Assembly: GCA_964016885.1 (NCBI GenBank)
Contig: OZ024741.1
Location: forward strand, 367,598,001 to 367,662,000
Direction of reading: 5' to 3'
Source of the DNA: Eledone cirrhosa
Taxonomy: Eukaryota
Length of the DNA: 64,000 nucleotides
A model generated the notes under the pieces. The model saw only the letters and a program-made list of their open reading frames with translations, was not told the origin of the DNA and ran no database searches. Made by a program: the position numbers and the translations under genes. Of this stretch, positions 48,801 through 61,631 are shown piece after piece. The stretch's first letter is position 1, and each line of letters opens with the position of its first letter.

Positions 48801-51800
48801 GGTGGTGTTGGAGCTGGTAGTAGTGGTGATGGTGGTGTTGGAGTTGGTAGTAGTGGTGGTGGTGGTGTTGGAGCTGGTAGTAGTGGTGGTGGTGGTGTTG
48901 GAGTTGGTAGTAGTGGTGGTGTTGGAGTTGGTAGTAGTGGTGGTGTTGGAGTTGGTAGTAGTGGTGGTGGTGGTGTTGGAGTTGGTAGTAGTGGTGGTGG
49001 TGGTGTTGGAGTTGGTAGTAGTGGTGGTGTTGGAGTTGGTAGTAGTGTAGTGGTGGTGTTGGAGTTGGTAGTAGTGGTGGTGGTGGTGTTGGAGTTGGTA
49101 GTAGTGGTGGTGGTGGTGTTGGAGTTGGTAGTAGTGGTGGTGGTGGTGTTGGAGTTGGTAGTAGTGGTGGTGGTGGTGTTGGAGCTGGTAGTAGTGGTGG
49201 TGTTGGTGTTGGTAGTAGTAGTGGTGGTGGTGGTGGAGTTGATAGTAGTGGTGGTGGTGGTGGTGGTGGTGGTGTAGTTGATAGTAGTGGTGGTGGTGGT
49301 GGTGTTGGTAGTAGTGGTGGTGGTGGTGTTGGAGCTGGTAGTAGTGGTGGTGTTGGAGTTGGTAGTATTGGTGGTGGTGGTGTTGGAGTTGGTAGTAGTG
49401 GTGGTGGTGGTGTTGGAGTTGGTAGTAGTGGTGGCGGTGGTGTTGGAGTTGGTAGTAGTGGTGGTGGTGGTGGTGGAGCTGGTAGTAGTGGTGGTGTTGG
49501 AGTTGGTAGTAGTGGTGGTGGTGGTGTTGGAGTTGGTAGTAGTGGTGGTGGTGGTGTTGGAGCTGGTAGTAGTGGTGGTGGTGGTGGTGGAGTTGATAGT
49601 AGTGGTGGTGGTGGTGGTGTAGTTGATAGTAGTGGTGGTGGTGGTGGTGTTGGTAGTAGTGGTGGTGGTGGTGTTGGAGTTGGTAGTAGTGGTGGTGGTG
49701 GTGTTGGAGCTGGTAGTAGTGGTGGTGGTGGTGTTGGAGCTGGTAGTAGTGGTGGTGTTGGAGTTGGTAGTAGTGGTGTTGGTGGTGTTGGAGCTGGTAG
49801 TAGTGGTGGTGGTGGTGTTGGAGTTGGTAGTAGTCGTGGTGGTGGTGTTGGAGTTGGTAGTAGTGGTGGTGGTGGTGTTGGAGTTGGTAGTAGTGGTGGT
49901 GGTGGTGTTGGAGCTGGTAGTAGTGGTGGTGGTGGTGTTGGAGCTGGTAGTAGTGGTGGTGTTGGAGTTGGTAGTAGTGGTGGTGGTGGTGGTGGAGTTG
50001 ATAGTAGTGGTGGTGGTGGTGGTGGTGGTGTAGTTGATAGTAGTGGTGGTGGTGGTGGTGTTGGAGATGGTAGTAGTGGTGGTTGTGGAGTTGATAGTAG
50101 TGGTGGTGGTGTTGGAGTTGGTAGTAGTGGTGGGGGGGGGAGCTGGTAGTAGTGGTGGTGGTGGTGTTGGAGCAGGTAGTAGTGGTGGTGTTGGAGTTGG
50201 TAGTAGTGGTGGTGGTGGTGGTGTTGGAGCTGGTAGTAGTGGTGGTGGTGGTGGTGGTGGTGTTGGAGCTGGTAGTAGTGGTGGTGTTGGAGTTGGTAGT
50301 AGTGGTGATGGTGGTGTTGGAGTTGGTAGTAGTGGTGGTGGTGGTGTTGGAGCTGGTAGTAGTGGTGGTGGTGGTGTTGGAGCTGGTAGTAGTGGTGGTG
50401 TTGGAGTTGGTAGTTGTGGTGGTGGTGGTGTTGGAGTTGGTAGTAGTGGTGGTGTTGGAGTTGGTAGTAGTGGTGGTGGTGGTGGTGTTGGAGCTGGTAG
50501 TATTGGTGGTGTTGGAGTTGGTAGTAGTGGTGGTGGTGGTGGTGTTAGAGTTGGTAGTAGTGGTGGTGGTAGTGTTGGAGCTGGCAGTAGTGGTGGTGTT
50601 GGAGTTGGTAGTAGTGGTGGTGGTGGTGTTGGAGCTGGTAGTAGTGGTGGTGGTGGTGGTGTTGGAGCTGGTAGTTGTGGTGGTGTTGGAGTTGGTAGTA
50701 GTGGTGGTGGTGGTGGTGTTGGAGCTGGTAGTAGTGGTGGTGTTGGAGTTGGTAGTAGTGGTGGTGGTGGTGTTGGAGTTGGTAGTAGTGGTGGTGGTGG
50801 TGTTGGAGCTGGTAGTAGTGGTGGTGGTGGTGTTGGAGCTGGTAGTAGTGGTAGTGGTGGTGGTGGTGTTGGAGTTGGTAGTAGTGGTGGTGGTGGTGTT
50901 GGAGCTGGTAGTAGTGGTGGTGGTGGTGGTGGTGTTGGAGCTGGTAGTAGTGGTGGTGTTGGAGTTGGTAGTAGTGGTGGTGGTGGTGGTGTTGGAGCTG
51001 GTAGTAGTGGTGGTGTTGGAGTTGGTAGTAGTGGTGGTGGTGGTGTTGGAGTTGGTAGTAGTGGTGGTGGTGGTGTTGGGGCTGGTAGTAGTGGTGGTGT
51101 TGGAGTTGGTAGTAGTGGTGGTGGTGGTGGTGTTGGAGCTGGTAGTAGTGGAGGTGGTGGTGTTGGAGCTGGTAGTAGTGGTGGTGGTGGTGGTGTTGGA
51201 GCTGGTAGTAGTGGTGGTGGTGGAGTTGGTAGTAGTGTTGGTGGTGGTGGTGTTGGAGCTGGTAGTAGTGGTGGTGTTGGAGTTGGTAGTTGTGGTGGTG
51301 GTGGTGTTGGAGTTGGTAGTAGTGGTGGTGGTGGTGTTGGAGCTGGTAGTAGTGGTGGTGGTGGTGTTGGAGCTGGTAGTAGTGGTAGTGGTGGTGGTGG
51401 TGTTGGAGTTGGTAGTAGTGGTGGTGGTGGTGTTGGAGCTGGTAGTAGTGGTGGTGGTGGTGGTGTTGGAGCTGGTAGTAGTGGTGGTGTTGGAGTTGGT
51501 AGTAGTGGTGGTGGTGGTGGTGTTGGAGCTGGTAGTAGTGGTGGTGTTGGAGTTGGTAGTAGTGGTGGTGGTGGTGTTGGAGTTGGTAGTAGTGGTGGTG
51601 GTGGTGTTGGGGCTAGTAGTAGTGGTGGTGTTGGAGTTGGTAGTAGTGTTGGTGGTGGTGGTGTTGGAGCTGGTAGTAGTGGTGGTGGTGGTGGTGTTGG
51701 AGTTGGTAGTAGTGTTGGTGGTGGTGGTGTTGGAGTTGGTAGTAGTGGTGGTGGTGGTGGTGTTGGAGTTGGTAGTAGTGTTGGTGGTGGTGGTGTTGGA

Positions 51801-52258
51801 GTTGGTAGTAGTGGTGGTGGTGGTGGTGGTGGAGTTGGTAGTAGTGGTGGTGGTGGTGGTGTTGGAGTTGGTAGTAGTGTTGGTGGTGGTGGTGGTGTTG
51901 GGGCTAGTAGTAGTGGTGGTGTTGGAGTTGGTAGTAGTGGTGGTGGTGGTGGTGTTGGAGCTGGTAGTAGTGGTGGTGTTGGAGTTGGTAGTAGTGGTAG
52001 TGGTGGTGGTGGTGGTGGTGGTGTTGGAGTTGGTAGTAGTGGTGGTGGTGGAGTTGGTAGTAGTGGTGGTGTTGGAGTTGTTGTTGGTGGTGGTGGTGGT
52101 GGAGTTGATAGTAGTGGTGGTGGTGCAGTTGATAGTGGTGGTGGTGGTGGTGGTGGTGTTGGTAGTAGTGGTGGTGGTGTTGGAGCTGGTAGTAGTGGTG
52201 GTGGTGGAGTTGATAGTAGTGGTGGTGGTAGTGGTGGTGGTGGTGGTGGTGGTGGTGG

Positions 52259-52289
<31 letters not shown>

Positions 52290-55200
52290 GGTGTTGGAGC
52301 TGGTGGTGGTGATGGTGGTGGTGGTGGTGGTGGTGGTGGTGGTGGTGGTGGTGGTGGTGGTGGTGGTGGTGGTGGTTTTGGAGCTGGTGGTGGTGATGGT
52401 GGTGGTGGTGTTGGTGGTGGTGGTGGTGGTGGTGGTGGTGGTGGTGTGGTGGTGGAGCTGGTAGTAGTAGTGGTGGTGGTGGTGGTGGTGGTGGTGGTGG
52501 TGGAGCTGGTAGTAGTGGTGGTGGTGGTGGTGGTGGTGGAGTTGATAGTAGTGGTGGTGGTGGTGGTGGTGTTGGAGTTGGTAGTAGTGGTGGTGGTGTT
52601 GGAGTTGATAGAGGTGGTGGTGGTGGTGGTGGTGGTGGTGTTGGAGCTGGTAGTAGTGGTGGTGGTGGTGGTGGTGGTGGTGTTGGAGTTGATAGTAGTG
52701 GTTGTGGTAGTGGTGGTGGTGGTGTTGGAGCTGGTAGAGGTGGTGGTGTTGGAGTTGGTAGTAGTGGTGATGGTGGTGGTGGTGTTGGAGTTGGTAGTAG
52801 TGGTAGTGGTGGTGGTGGTGTTGGAGATGGTAGTAGTGGTGGTGTTGGAGTTGGTAGTAGTAGTGGTGATGGTGGTGGTGGTGGTGGTGGTGTTGGAGCT
52901 GGTAGTAGTGGTGGTGTTGGAGTTGGTAGTAGTGGTGGTGGTGGTGTTGGAGCTGGTAGTAGTGGTGGTGTTGGAGTTGGTAGTAGTGGTGGTGGTGGTG
53001 TTGGAGCTGGTAGTAGTGGTGGTGTTGGAGTTGGTAGTAGTGGTGGTGGTGGTGGTGTTGGAGTTGGTAGTAGTGGTGGTGTTGGAGTTGGTAGTAGTGG
53101 TGGTGTTGGAGTTGGTAGTAGTGGTGGTGTTGGAGTTGGTAGTAGTGGTGGTGGTGGTGGTGTTGGAGCTGGTAGTAGTGGTGGTGTTGGAGTTGGTAGT
53201 AGTGGTGGTGGTGGTGGTGTTGGAGTTGGTAGTAGTGGTGGTGTTGGAGTTGGTAGTAGTGGTGGTGGTGGTGTTGGAGTTGGTAGTAGTGGTGGTGGTG
53301 GTGTTGGAGCTGGTAGTAGTGGTGGTGTTGGAGTTGGTAGTAGTGGTGGTTGTGGTGGTGTTGGAGCTGGTAGTAGTGGAGGTGGTGGTGTTGGAGCTGG
53401 TAGTAGTGGTGGTGGTGGTGGTGGTGTTGGAGCTGGTAGTAGTGGTGGTGTTGGAGTTGGTAGTAGTGTTGGTGGTGGTGGTGTTGGAGCTGGTAGTAGT
53501 GGTGGTGGTGGAGTTGATAGTAGTGGTGGTGGTGGTGGTGGTGGTGGTGGTGGTGGTGTTGGTGGTGTTGGAGCTGGTGGTGGTGAGGTGGTGGTGATGG
53601 TGGTGTTGGTGGTGGTGGTGGTGGTGGTGGTGGTGGTGGTGGTGGTGGTGGTGGTGTTGGTGGTGGTGGTGGTGGTGGTGGTGGTGGTGGTGGTGGTGGT
53701 GGTGGTGGTGGTGTTGGAGCTGGTGGTGGTGATGGTGGTGGTGGTGGTGGTGCTGGTGGTGGTGGTAGCTGGTGGTGGTGAGGTGGTGGTGGTGGTGGTG
53801 TTGGTGGTGGTGGTGGTGGTGGTGGTGGTGGTGGTGGTGGTGGTGGTGGTGTTGGTGGTGGTGGTGGTGGTGGTGGTGGTGGTGGTGGTGGTGGTGGTGG
53901 TGGTGGTGGTGGTGTTGGAGCTGGTGGTGGTGATGGTGGTGGTGGTGGTGGTGCTGGTGGTGGTGGTGGTGGTGGTGGTGGTGGTGGTGGTGGTGTTGGA
54001 GCTGGTAGTAGTAGTGGTGGTGGTGGTGGTGTAGGAGCTGGTAGTAGTGGTGTTGTTGGAGTTGGTAGTAGTGGTGGTGTTGGAGTTGGTAGTAGTAGTG
54101 GTGGTGGTGGTAGTGGTGGTGGTGTTGGAGTTGGTAGTAGTAGTGGTGGTGGTGGTGTTGGAGTTGGTAGTAGTGGTGGTGGTGGTGTTGGAGCTGGTAG
54201 TAGTGGTGGTGGTGGTGTTGGAGTTGGTAGTAGTGGTTGGTGGTGGTGGTGGTGGTGGTGGTGGTGGTGGTGTTGGAGCTGGTAGTAGTAGTGGTGGTGG
54301 TGGTGGTGTAGGAGCTGGTAGTAGTGGTGTTGTTGGAGTTGGTAGTAGTGGTGGTGTTGGAGTTGGTAGTAGTAGTGGTGGTGGTGGTAGTGGTGGTGGT
54401 GTTGGAGTTGGTAGTAGTAGTGGTGGTGGTGGTGTTGGAGTTGGTAGTAGTGGTGGTGGTGGTGTTGGAGCTGGTAGTAGTGGTGGTGGTAGTGTTGGAG
54501 TTGGTAGTAGTGGTGGTGGTGGTGTTGGAGTTGGTAGTAGTGGTGGTGGTGGTGGTGTTGGAGTTGGTAGTAGTGGTGGTGGTGGTGTTGGAGTTGGTAG
54601 TAGTGGTGGTGGTGGTGGTGTTGGAGCTGGTAGTAGTGGTGGTGTTGGAGCTGGTAGTAGTGGTGGTGGTGGTGGTGGTGTTGGTGGAGTTGATAGTAGT
54701 GGTGGTGGTGGTGGTGGTGGTGGTGGTGGTGGTGGAGTTGATAGTAGTGGTGGTGGTGGTGGTGGTGGTGGTGGTGGTGGTGGTGGTGGTGGTGGTGGTG
54801 GAGTTGATATTAGTGGTGGTGGTGGTGGTGGTGGTGGTGTTGGTAGTAGTGGTGGTGGTGGTGGAGTTGATAGTGGTGGTGGTGGTGGAGTTGATAGTAG
54901 TGGTGGTGGTGGTGGTGGTGGTGGTGGTGGTGGTTGTGGTGGTGGTGGTGGTGGTGGTTGTGGTGGTGGTGGTGGTGTTGGAGCTTGTAGTAGTGGTGGT
55001 GGTGGTGTTGGAGCTTGTAGTAGTGGTGGTGGTGGTGGAGTTGATAGTAGTGGTGGTGGTGGTGGTGGAGTTGATAGTAGTGGTGGTGATGGTGGAGGTG
55101 TTGGAGTTGGTAGTAGTGGTGGTGGTGTTGGAGCTGGTAGTAGTGGTGGTGTTGGAGCTGGTAGTAGTGGTGGTGTTGGAGTTGGTAGTAGTGGTGGTGG

Positions 55201-58200
55201 TGGTGTTGGAGTTGTTAATAGTGGTGGTGGTGGTGTTGGAGTTGGTAGTAGTGGTGGTGTTGGAGTTGGTAGTTGTGGTGGCGGTGGTGGTGGTGGTGTT
55301 GGAATGGTGGTGGTGGTGGTGGTGGTGGTGGTGGTGGTGGTGGTGGTGGTGGTGGTGGTGGTGTTGGAGAGTTGATAGTAGTGGTGGTGGTGTTGGAGTT
55401 GATAGTGGTGGTGGTGGTGGTGGTGGTGGTGGTGGTGGTGGTGGTGGTGGTGGTGGTGGTGGTGGTGGTGGTGGTGGTGGTGGTGGTGGTGGTGGTGGTG
55501 GTGGTGGTGTGGTAGTAGTGGTGGTGGTGGAGTTGATAGTAGTGGTGGTGGTGGTGGTGGTGGTGGTGTTGGAGTTGTTAGGTGGTGTTGGAGTTGGTAG
55601 TAGTGGTGGCGGTGATGGTGGTGGTGTTGGAATGGTGGTGGTGGTGGTGGTGGTGGTGGTGTTGGAGAGTTGATAGTAGTGGTGGTGGTGTTGGAGTTGA
55701 TAGTGGTGGTGGTGGTGGTGGTGGTGGTGGTGGTGGTGGTGGTGGTGGTGGTGGTGGTGGTGGTGGTGGTGGTGGTGGTGGTGGTGTGGTAGTAGTGGTG
55801 GTGGTGGAGTTGATAGTAGTGGTGGTGGTGGTGGTGGTGGTGGTGTTGGAGTTGTTAGTGGTGGTGGTGGTGGTTGTGGTGGTGGTGGTGGTGGTGGTGG
55901 TGGTGGTGGTGGTGGTGGTGGTGGTGGTGGTGGTGGTGGTGGTGGTGGTGGTGGTGGTGGTGGTGGTGGTGGTGGTGGTGTGGTAGTAGTGGTGGTGGTG
56001 GAGTTGATAGTAGTGGTGGTGGTGGTGGTGGTGGTGGTGTTGGAGTTGTTAGTGGTGGTGGTGGTGGTGGTGGTGGTGGTGGTGGTGGTGGTGGTGGTGG
56101 TGGTGGTGGTGGTGGTGGTGGTGGTGGTGGTGGTGGTGGTGGTGGTGGTGTTGGAGAGTTGATAGTAGTGGTGGTGGTGTTGGAGTTGATAGTGGTGGTG
56201 GTGGTGGTGGTGGTGGTGGTGGTGGTGGTGGTGGTGGTGGTGGTGGTGGTGGTGGTGGTGGTGGTGGTGGTGGTGGTGTTGGAGCTGGTAGTAGTGGTGG
56301 TAGTGGTGGTGGTAGTAGTGGTGGTGTTGGAGTTGGTAGTAGTGGTGGTGGTGGTGGTGGTGGTGGTGGTGGTGGCGGTGGTGGTGGTGGTGGTGGTGGT
56401 AGTGGTAGTAGTGGTGGTGTTGGAGTTGGTAGTAGTGGTGGTGGTGGTGGTGGTGGTGGTGGTGGTGGTGGTGGTGGTGGTGGCGGTGGTGGTGGTGGTG
56501 GTGGTAGTGGTAGTAGTGGTGGTGTTGGAGCTGGTAGTAGTGGTGGTGGTAGTGGTGGTGGTGGTGGTGGTGGTGTTGTAGTGGTGGTGGTGTTGTTGGA
56601 GGTGGTAGTAGTGGTGGTGGTAGTGGTGGTGGTGGTGGTGGTGTTGGAGCTGGTAGTTTGGAGGTGGTAGTAGTGGTGGTGGTAGTGGTGGTGGTGGTGG
56701 TGGTGTTGGAGCTGGTAGTAGTGGTGGTGGTAGTGGTGGTGGTGGTGGTGGTGGTGGTGTTGGAGTTGATAGTAGTGGTGGTGGTAGTGGTGGTGGTGGT
56801 GGTGGTGGTGGTGGTGGTGTTGGAGCTGGTAGTAGTGATGGTGGTAGTGGTGGTGGTGGTGGTGGTGTTGGAGTTGGTAGTAGTGGTGGTGGTGGTGGTG
56901 GTGTTGGAGTTGGTAGTAGTGGTGGTGGTGGTGGTTTTGGAGCTGGTAGTAGTGGTGGTGTTGGAGCTGGTAGTAGTGGTAGTGGTGGTGGTGGTGTTGG
57001 AGTTGGTAGTAGTGGTGGTGTTGGAGCTGGTAGTAGTGGTGGTGGTGATGATGGTGTTGGAGTTGGTAGTGGTGGTGGTGATGGTGTTGGAGTTGGTAGT
57101 AGTGGTGGTGGTGGTTGTGGAGTTGATAGTAGTGGTGGTGGTGGTGTTGGAGTTGGTAGTAGTGGTGGTGGTGGTGTTGGAGATGGTAGTAGTGGTGGTG
57201 TTGGAGTTGGTAGTAGTGGTGGTGGTGGTTTTGGAGCTGGTAGTAGTGGTGGTGGTGGTGGTGTTGGAGTTGGTAGTAGTGGTGGTGGTGGTGGTGGTGG
57301 TGTTGGAGTCGGTAGTAGTGGTAGTGGTGGTGGTGGTGTTGGAGTTGGTAGTAGTGGTGGTGGTGGTGGCGGTGGTTTTGGAGTTGGTAGTAGTGGTGGT
57401 GGTGGTGGTGTTGGTAGTAGTGGTGGTGTTGTTGTTGGAGCTGGTAGTAGTGGTGGTTTTGGAGCTGGTAGTAGTGGTGGTGGTGGTGGTGGTGGTGGTG
57501 GTGGTGGTGGTGGTGGTGGTGGTGTTGGAGTTGGTAGTAGTGGTGGTGGTGGTGGTGGTGGTGGTGGTGTTGGAGTTGGTAGTAGTGGTGGTGGTGGTTT
57601 TGGAGCTGGTAGTAGTGGTGGTGGTGGTGGTAGTGGTGGTGTTGGAGTTGGTAGCAGTAGTGGTGGTGGTAGTGGTGGTGTTGGAGTTGGTAGCAGTAGT
57701 GGTGGTGGTAGTGGTGGTGTTGGAGTTGGTAGTAGTGGTGGTGGTGGTGGTGGTGGTGTTGGAGTTGGTAGTAGTGGTGGTGGTGGTTTTGGAGCTGGTA
57801 GTAGTGGTGGGGGGGGGGGGGGGTAGTAGTGATGGTGGTGGAGGTGGTAGTAGTGGTGGGGGGGGGGGTAGTAGTGATGGTGGTGGAGGTGGTAGTAGTG
57901 GTGGTGGTGGTGGTGGTGGTGGTGGTGGTGGTGGTGGCGGTGGTGGTGGTGTTGGAGTTGGTAGTAGTGGTGGCGGTGGTGGTGGTGGAGCTGGTAGTGG
58001 TGGTGGTGTTGGAGTTGGTAGTAGTGGTGGTGGTAGTAGTGGTGGTGTTGGAGTTGGTAGTAGTGGTGGTGGTGGTAGTGTTGGAGTTGGTAGTAATGGT
58101 GGTGTTGGGTTGGTAGTAGTGGTGGTGGTAGTAGTGGTGGTGTTGGAGTTGGTAGTAGTGGTGGTGGTGGTGGTGGTGGTGGTGGCGGTGGTGGTGGTGG

Positions 58201-58740
58201 TGGTGGTGGTAGTGGTAGTAGTGGTGGTGTTGGAGTTGGTAGTAGTGGTGGTGGTGGTGGTGGTGGTGGTGGTGGTGGTGGTGGTGGCGGTGGTGGTGGT
58301 GGTGGTGGTAGTGGTAGTAGTGGTGGTGTTGGAGTTGGTAGTAGTGGTGGTGGTGGTAGTGTTGGAGTTGGTAGTAATGGTGGTGTTGGGTTGGTAGTAG
58401 TGGTGGTGGTAGTAGTGGTGGTGTTGGAGTTGGTAGTAGTGGTGGTGGTGGTGGTGGTGGTGGTGGTGGTGGTGGCGGTGGTGGTGGTGGTGGTGGTGGT
58501 AGTGGTAGTAGTGGTGGTGTTGGAGTTGGTAGTAGTGGTGGTGGTGGTGGTGGTGGTGGTGGTGGTGGTGGCGGTGGTGGTGGTGGTGGTGGTGGTAGTG
58601 GTAGTAGTGGTGGTGTTGGAGTTGGTAGTGGTAGTAGTGGTGGTGTTGGAGTTGGTAGTAGTGGCGGTGGTGGTGTTGGAGTTGGTAGTAGTGGCGGTGG
58701 TGGTGGTGGAGTTGGTAGTAGTGGCGGTGGTGGTGGTAGT
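45825..58740. repeat. ~12.9-kb GGT-based minisatellite, unit GTT-GGA-GYT-GGT-AGT-AGT-(GGT)n
   Basis: Direct inspection; poly-Val/Gly ORFs switch frame repeatedly. Confidence 0.95.
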
Positions 58741-58957
58741 GACTGCAGAAACCGTTCGTGATTAATAAACTAAAACCAGATGGTGTTGTTTTTACTTGTT
58801 TCTCTGGAAATGATATTCAGTTAAGTTGACATCATTAAAGGCGGTGGAGGATGTTTAAATGCACTGGTTCTCCCCCGCCTGTGGATCTAGTCTGTGGACA
58901 CATGGGTCTGTATATATATATGTTGTGACGCATACACACTTACAAATACCTATGTAC

Positions 58958-59045
<88 letters not shown>

Positions 59046-59207
59046 ATACTTTGGGAGGGTCATGTTGCCAATAAGAAACACACGCACCAGTAGCTTTCAC
59101 TTCAATTTATTATATATTTATAAATTTATAAATTTACAAATCTACAAATTTATAAATTTCTGGTTGGTTGGTTGGTTGGTTCCACAACCAGATAGTTGTT
59201 TATATAT

Positions 59208-59252
59208 AGTCATAGTCCTTTCGTCACACACTCTGTGACCTCTTCAGTGACT
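59208..59252 (-). ncRNA. Minimal type I HHR in PLE 3' repeat
   Basis: aguca-CUGAAGA-g-gucaca(gagug)ugugac-GAAA-ggac-UA-ugacu; perfect 5-bp stem I and 6-bp stem II. Confidence 0.85.
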
Positions 59253-59435
59253 GGGGATTCCTTTCTTTGTTTCTGTGCCTTTCCTTTCTTCTGTCCTACG
59301 CCATTTTGTTTCTGTGTGTGTGTTGTGTGCTCAGTCTGGGCATGCGCCACATCCGGGTCTCTGTGTGTGTTTGTGTTCATTTATCTATTTGTTTATTTAT
59401 TTATTTATTTACATGTTATTGGTTGGTTGTTTGTT

Positions 59436-60278
59436 CTATGTGTGTGTGTTTTCATTTTGTCCTTCATTGTAGGTTGTGATGTTGCTGTTCCACTCATATT
59501 TTCTATTTAATTTTGGATGTAATTCTTTTATGTTTATTGCCTCTGTAATTTGTCTAAACATTGCATCTTTTCTGTGTGTAGATTCTATTTTTATTTCTAT
59601 GTTCTCTAATTTACCCTTGTGTTCTATCTTAGCATGTTGGTAGAGTACAGATGATTCTTTATTATCTTGAAGGTCTCGCCAGTGTTCATTTATCCGTTCC
59701 CCTATACTACGAGCTGTCTCACCTATGTACACTATATTTTTGTTTCTACATTGTCCTTCAGTACATCTTATGCTATACACTACATTTCTAGTTTTACAGT
59801 TAATATGGGGGCTTATTTTACAGGTTATACATTTCTTATCTATACATGAGGGTCTTTGAAACGGGTATGTCTTGCTAATAAGTGTTTTTACGGAGGTACC
59901 TGGTCTTTCTACTATCTTAATATTGAGTTTATGTTTATTTAGGGCCCTTCTAAATTTGTAGGCTAGTTCGCCTCTAGGGATTGTATCGATGAACATTACA
60001 CTCTGGTATTTATTGCTATCATACCATGAGTTTATTCTATTGGCCTTGTTCCTAGTTCTTTCTATTCTATTCCAAAATTTGCTCCTATACAAGGGGCAGG
60101 TCCCATTTATGTCATTATTTACCATTTTTTCCCATTTGGTTCTGGCTCCTCTATACACTCTGATTCTATCTCTCTGATTGTAGCCAGAGAACTGCATACG
60201 GTGGATGAAGTGTTGTATGTGTCTCTCTAGTTCTTCGGGGTTGCACATGCGGGACACATTTCTCATCACCCGTACCAA
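59436..60278 (-). CDS. PLE ORF C-terminal part: RT thumb + GIY-YIG endonuclease (5'-truncated)
   Basis: CIDKKCITC, NVVYSIRC..C..YIGETARSIGERINEH, RQITEA, LNRKYEWN. Confidence 0.9.
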   Translation of the reverse strand: MVRVMRNVSRMCNPEELERHIQHFIHRMQFSGYNQRDRIRVYRGARTKWEKMVNNDINGTCPLYRSKFWNRIERTRNKANRINSWYDSNKYQSVMFIDTIPRGELAYKFRRALNKHKLNIKIVERPGTSVKTLISKTYPFQRPSCIDKKCITCKISPHINCKTRNVVYSIRCTEGQCRNKNIVYIGETARSIGERINEHWRDLQDNKESSVLYQHAKIEHKGKLENIEIKIESTHRKDAMFRQITEAINIKELHPKLNRKYEWNSNITTYNEGQNENTHT

Positions 60279-60316
60279 ATCCGCAATCAGTATGTTGATT
60301 TTGGTATGGTCCGATT

Positions 60317-61459
60317 TTGGTATGCCCTACAAGACCAGCAAGAGGCAGACCACCTTCCATTACCTCAATGGCCAAGAAAACCCACACAGATAGATGGAAC
60401 GGGTGGACCAGAGCCATACGGACACCCGAAAACCACGATGAACTGAAGAAAATGATTGCACATGCGGTAGGGGTCAGCATAAAAGTAACCCTTAAGGAAC
60501 ATATGTTCAAATTTAATGGAAAAACATATGCCCAAGAGGAAGGAGCAGCCATTGGTGTTAGCATTGCAGGCGACATAGCTAACTTATTCATGGTATGGTG
60601 GGACAGTAGACTTAAACTTAAACTTAAAGAACAATTAGAAGACAGCTTAACCCTGATAATGTACTCCCGCTACGTAGATGATATAAACATCGTAGTTAAG
60701 ACACCCCCACTAGAGAACAGTCAGGAACTAGAGAAAAACACAATGGAAAGCATCCAGCAAATAGCAAACTCCATCCACCAGAGCATTAGAGTTACTATAG
60801 ACTACCCAAGTAGACACCCCAACCATCGATTACCTGTACTAGACACAGAGCTCTGGTTAGATACCATTAACAACCAAAAACAAATCCTCCATTCCCATTA
60901 TGCCAAACCCATGACTTCCAAACATCTGATCCACCGAAACTCGATCATTTCGGACAATACCAAAATCAACATACTGATTGCGGATTTGGTACGGGTGATG
61001 AGAAATGTGTCCCGCATGTGCAACCCCGAAGAACTAGAGAGACACATACAACACTTCATCCACCGTATGCAGTTCTCTGGCTACAATCAGAGAGATAGAA
61101 TCAGAGTGTATAGAGGAGCCAGAACCAAATGGGAAAAAATGGTAAATAATGACATAAATGGGACCTGCCCCTTGTATAGGAGCAAATTTTGGAATAGAAT
61201 AGAAAGAACTAGGAACAAGGCCAATAGAATAAACTCATGGTATGATAGCAATAAATACCAGAGTGTAATGTTCATCGATACAACCCCTAGAGGCGAACTA
61301 GCCTACAAATTTAGAAGGGCCCTAAATAAACATAAACTCAATATTAAGATAGTAGAAAGACCAGGTACCTCCGTAAAAACACTTATTAGCAAGACATACC
61401 CGTTTCAAAGACCCTCATGTATAGATAAGAAATGTATAACCTGTAAAATAAGCCCCCAT
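60317..61459 (+). CDS. PLE reverse transcriptase core (inverted fragment)
   Basis: FKFNGKTYAQEEGAAIG, ANLFM, YSRYVDD, LPVLD, HYAKP. Confidence 0.9.
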
Positions 61460-61516
61460 ATATATATATATATATATTTATATATAGTATAAAATATATA
61501 TATATTTATATATAGT

Positions 61517-61631
61517 ATAAAATCAAAAGATGGTTAAAAGATGGTTAAAAGATGGTTAAAAGAGTTCCATGTATTTTATTATGCGTATAGTAAAATACAT
61601 GGAACTCTTTTAACCATCTTTTGATTTTATA
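61517..61631. repeat. Fold-back palindrome with (AAAAGATGGTT)x3 slippage
   Basis: ataaaatcaaaagatggttaaaagagttccatgtatttta / taaaatacatggaactcttttaaccatcttttgattttat. Confidence 0.85.

Larger units (their letters stand above)
59041..61459. mobile_element. Penelope-like element (Naiad-like) with inverted 5' segment, in (TA)n
   Basis: Minus arm 59041-60314: RT thumb, CxxxxCxxC linker, GIY-YIG, 3' region with HHR. Plus arm 60315-61459: RT core. 59802-60314 is the reverse complement of 60950-61459. Confidence 0.92.

Noticed and set aside
46028-58765. Poly-Val/Leu/Glu 'membrane proteins' up to 1187 aa
   Set aside because: Frame artefacts of the GGT minisatellite with GTG/TTG starts
59730-59850. 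Selenocysteine (UGA) recoding reported for some Naiad PLEs
   Set aside because: The linker and GIY-YIG cysteines here are ordinary Cys codons and the ORF is open; no in-frame TGA
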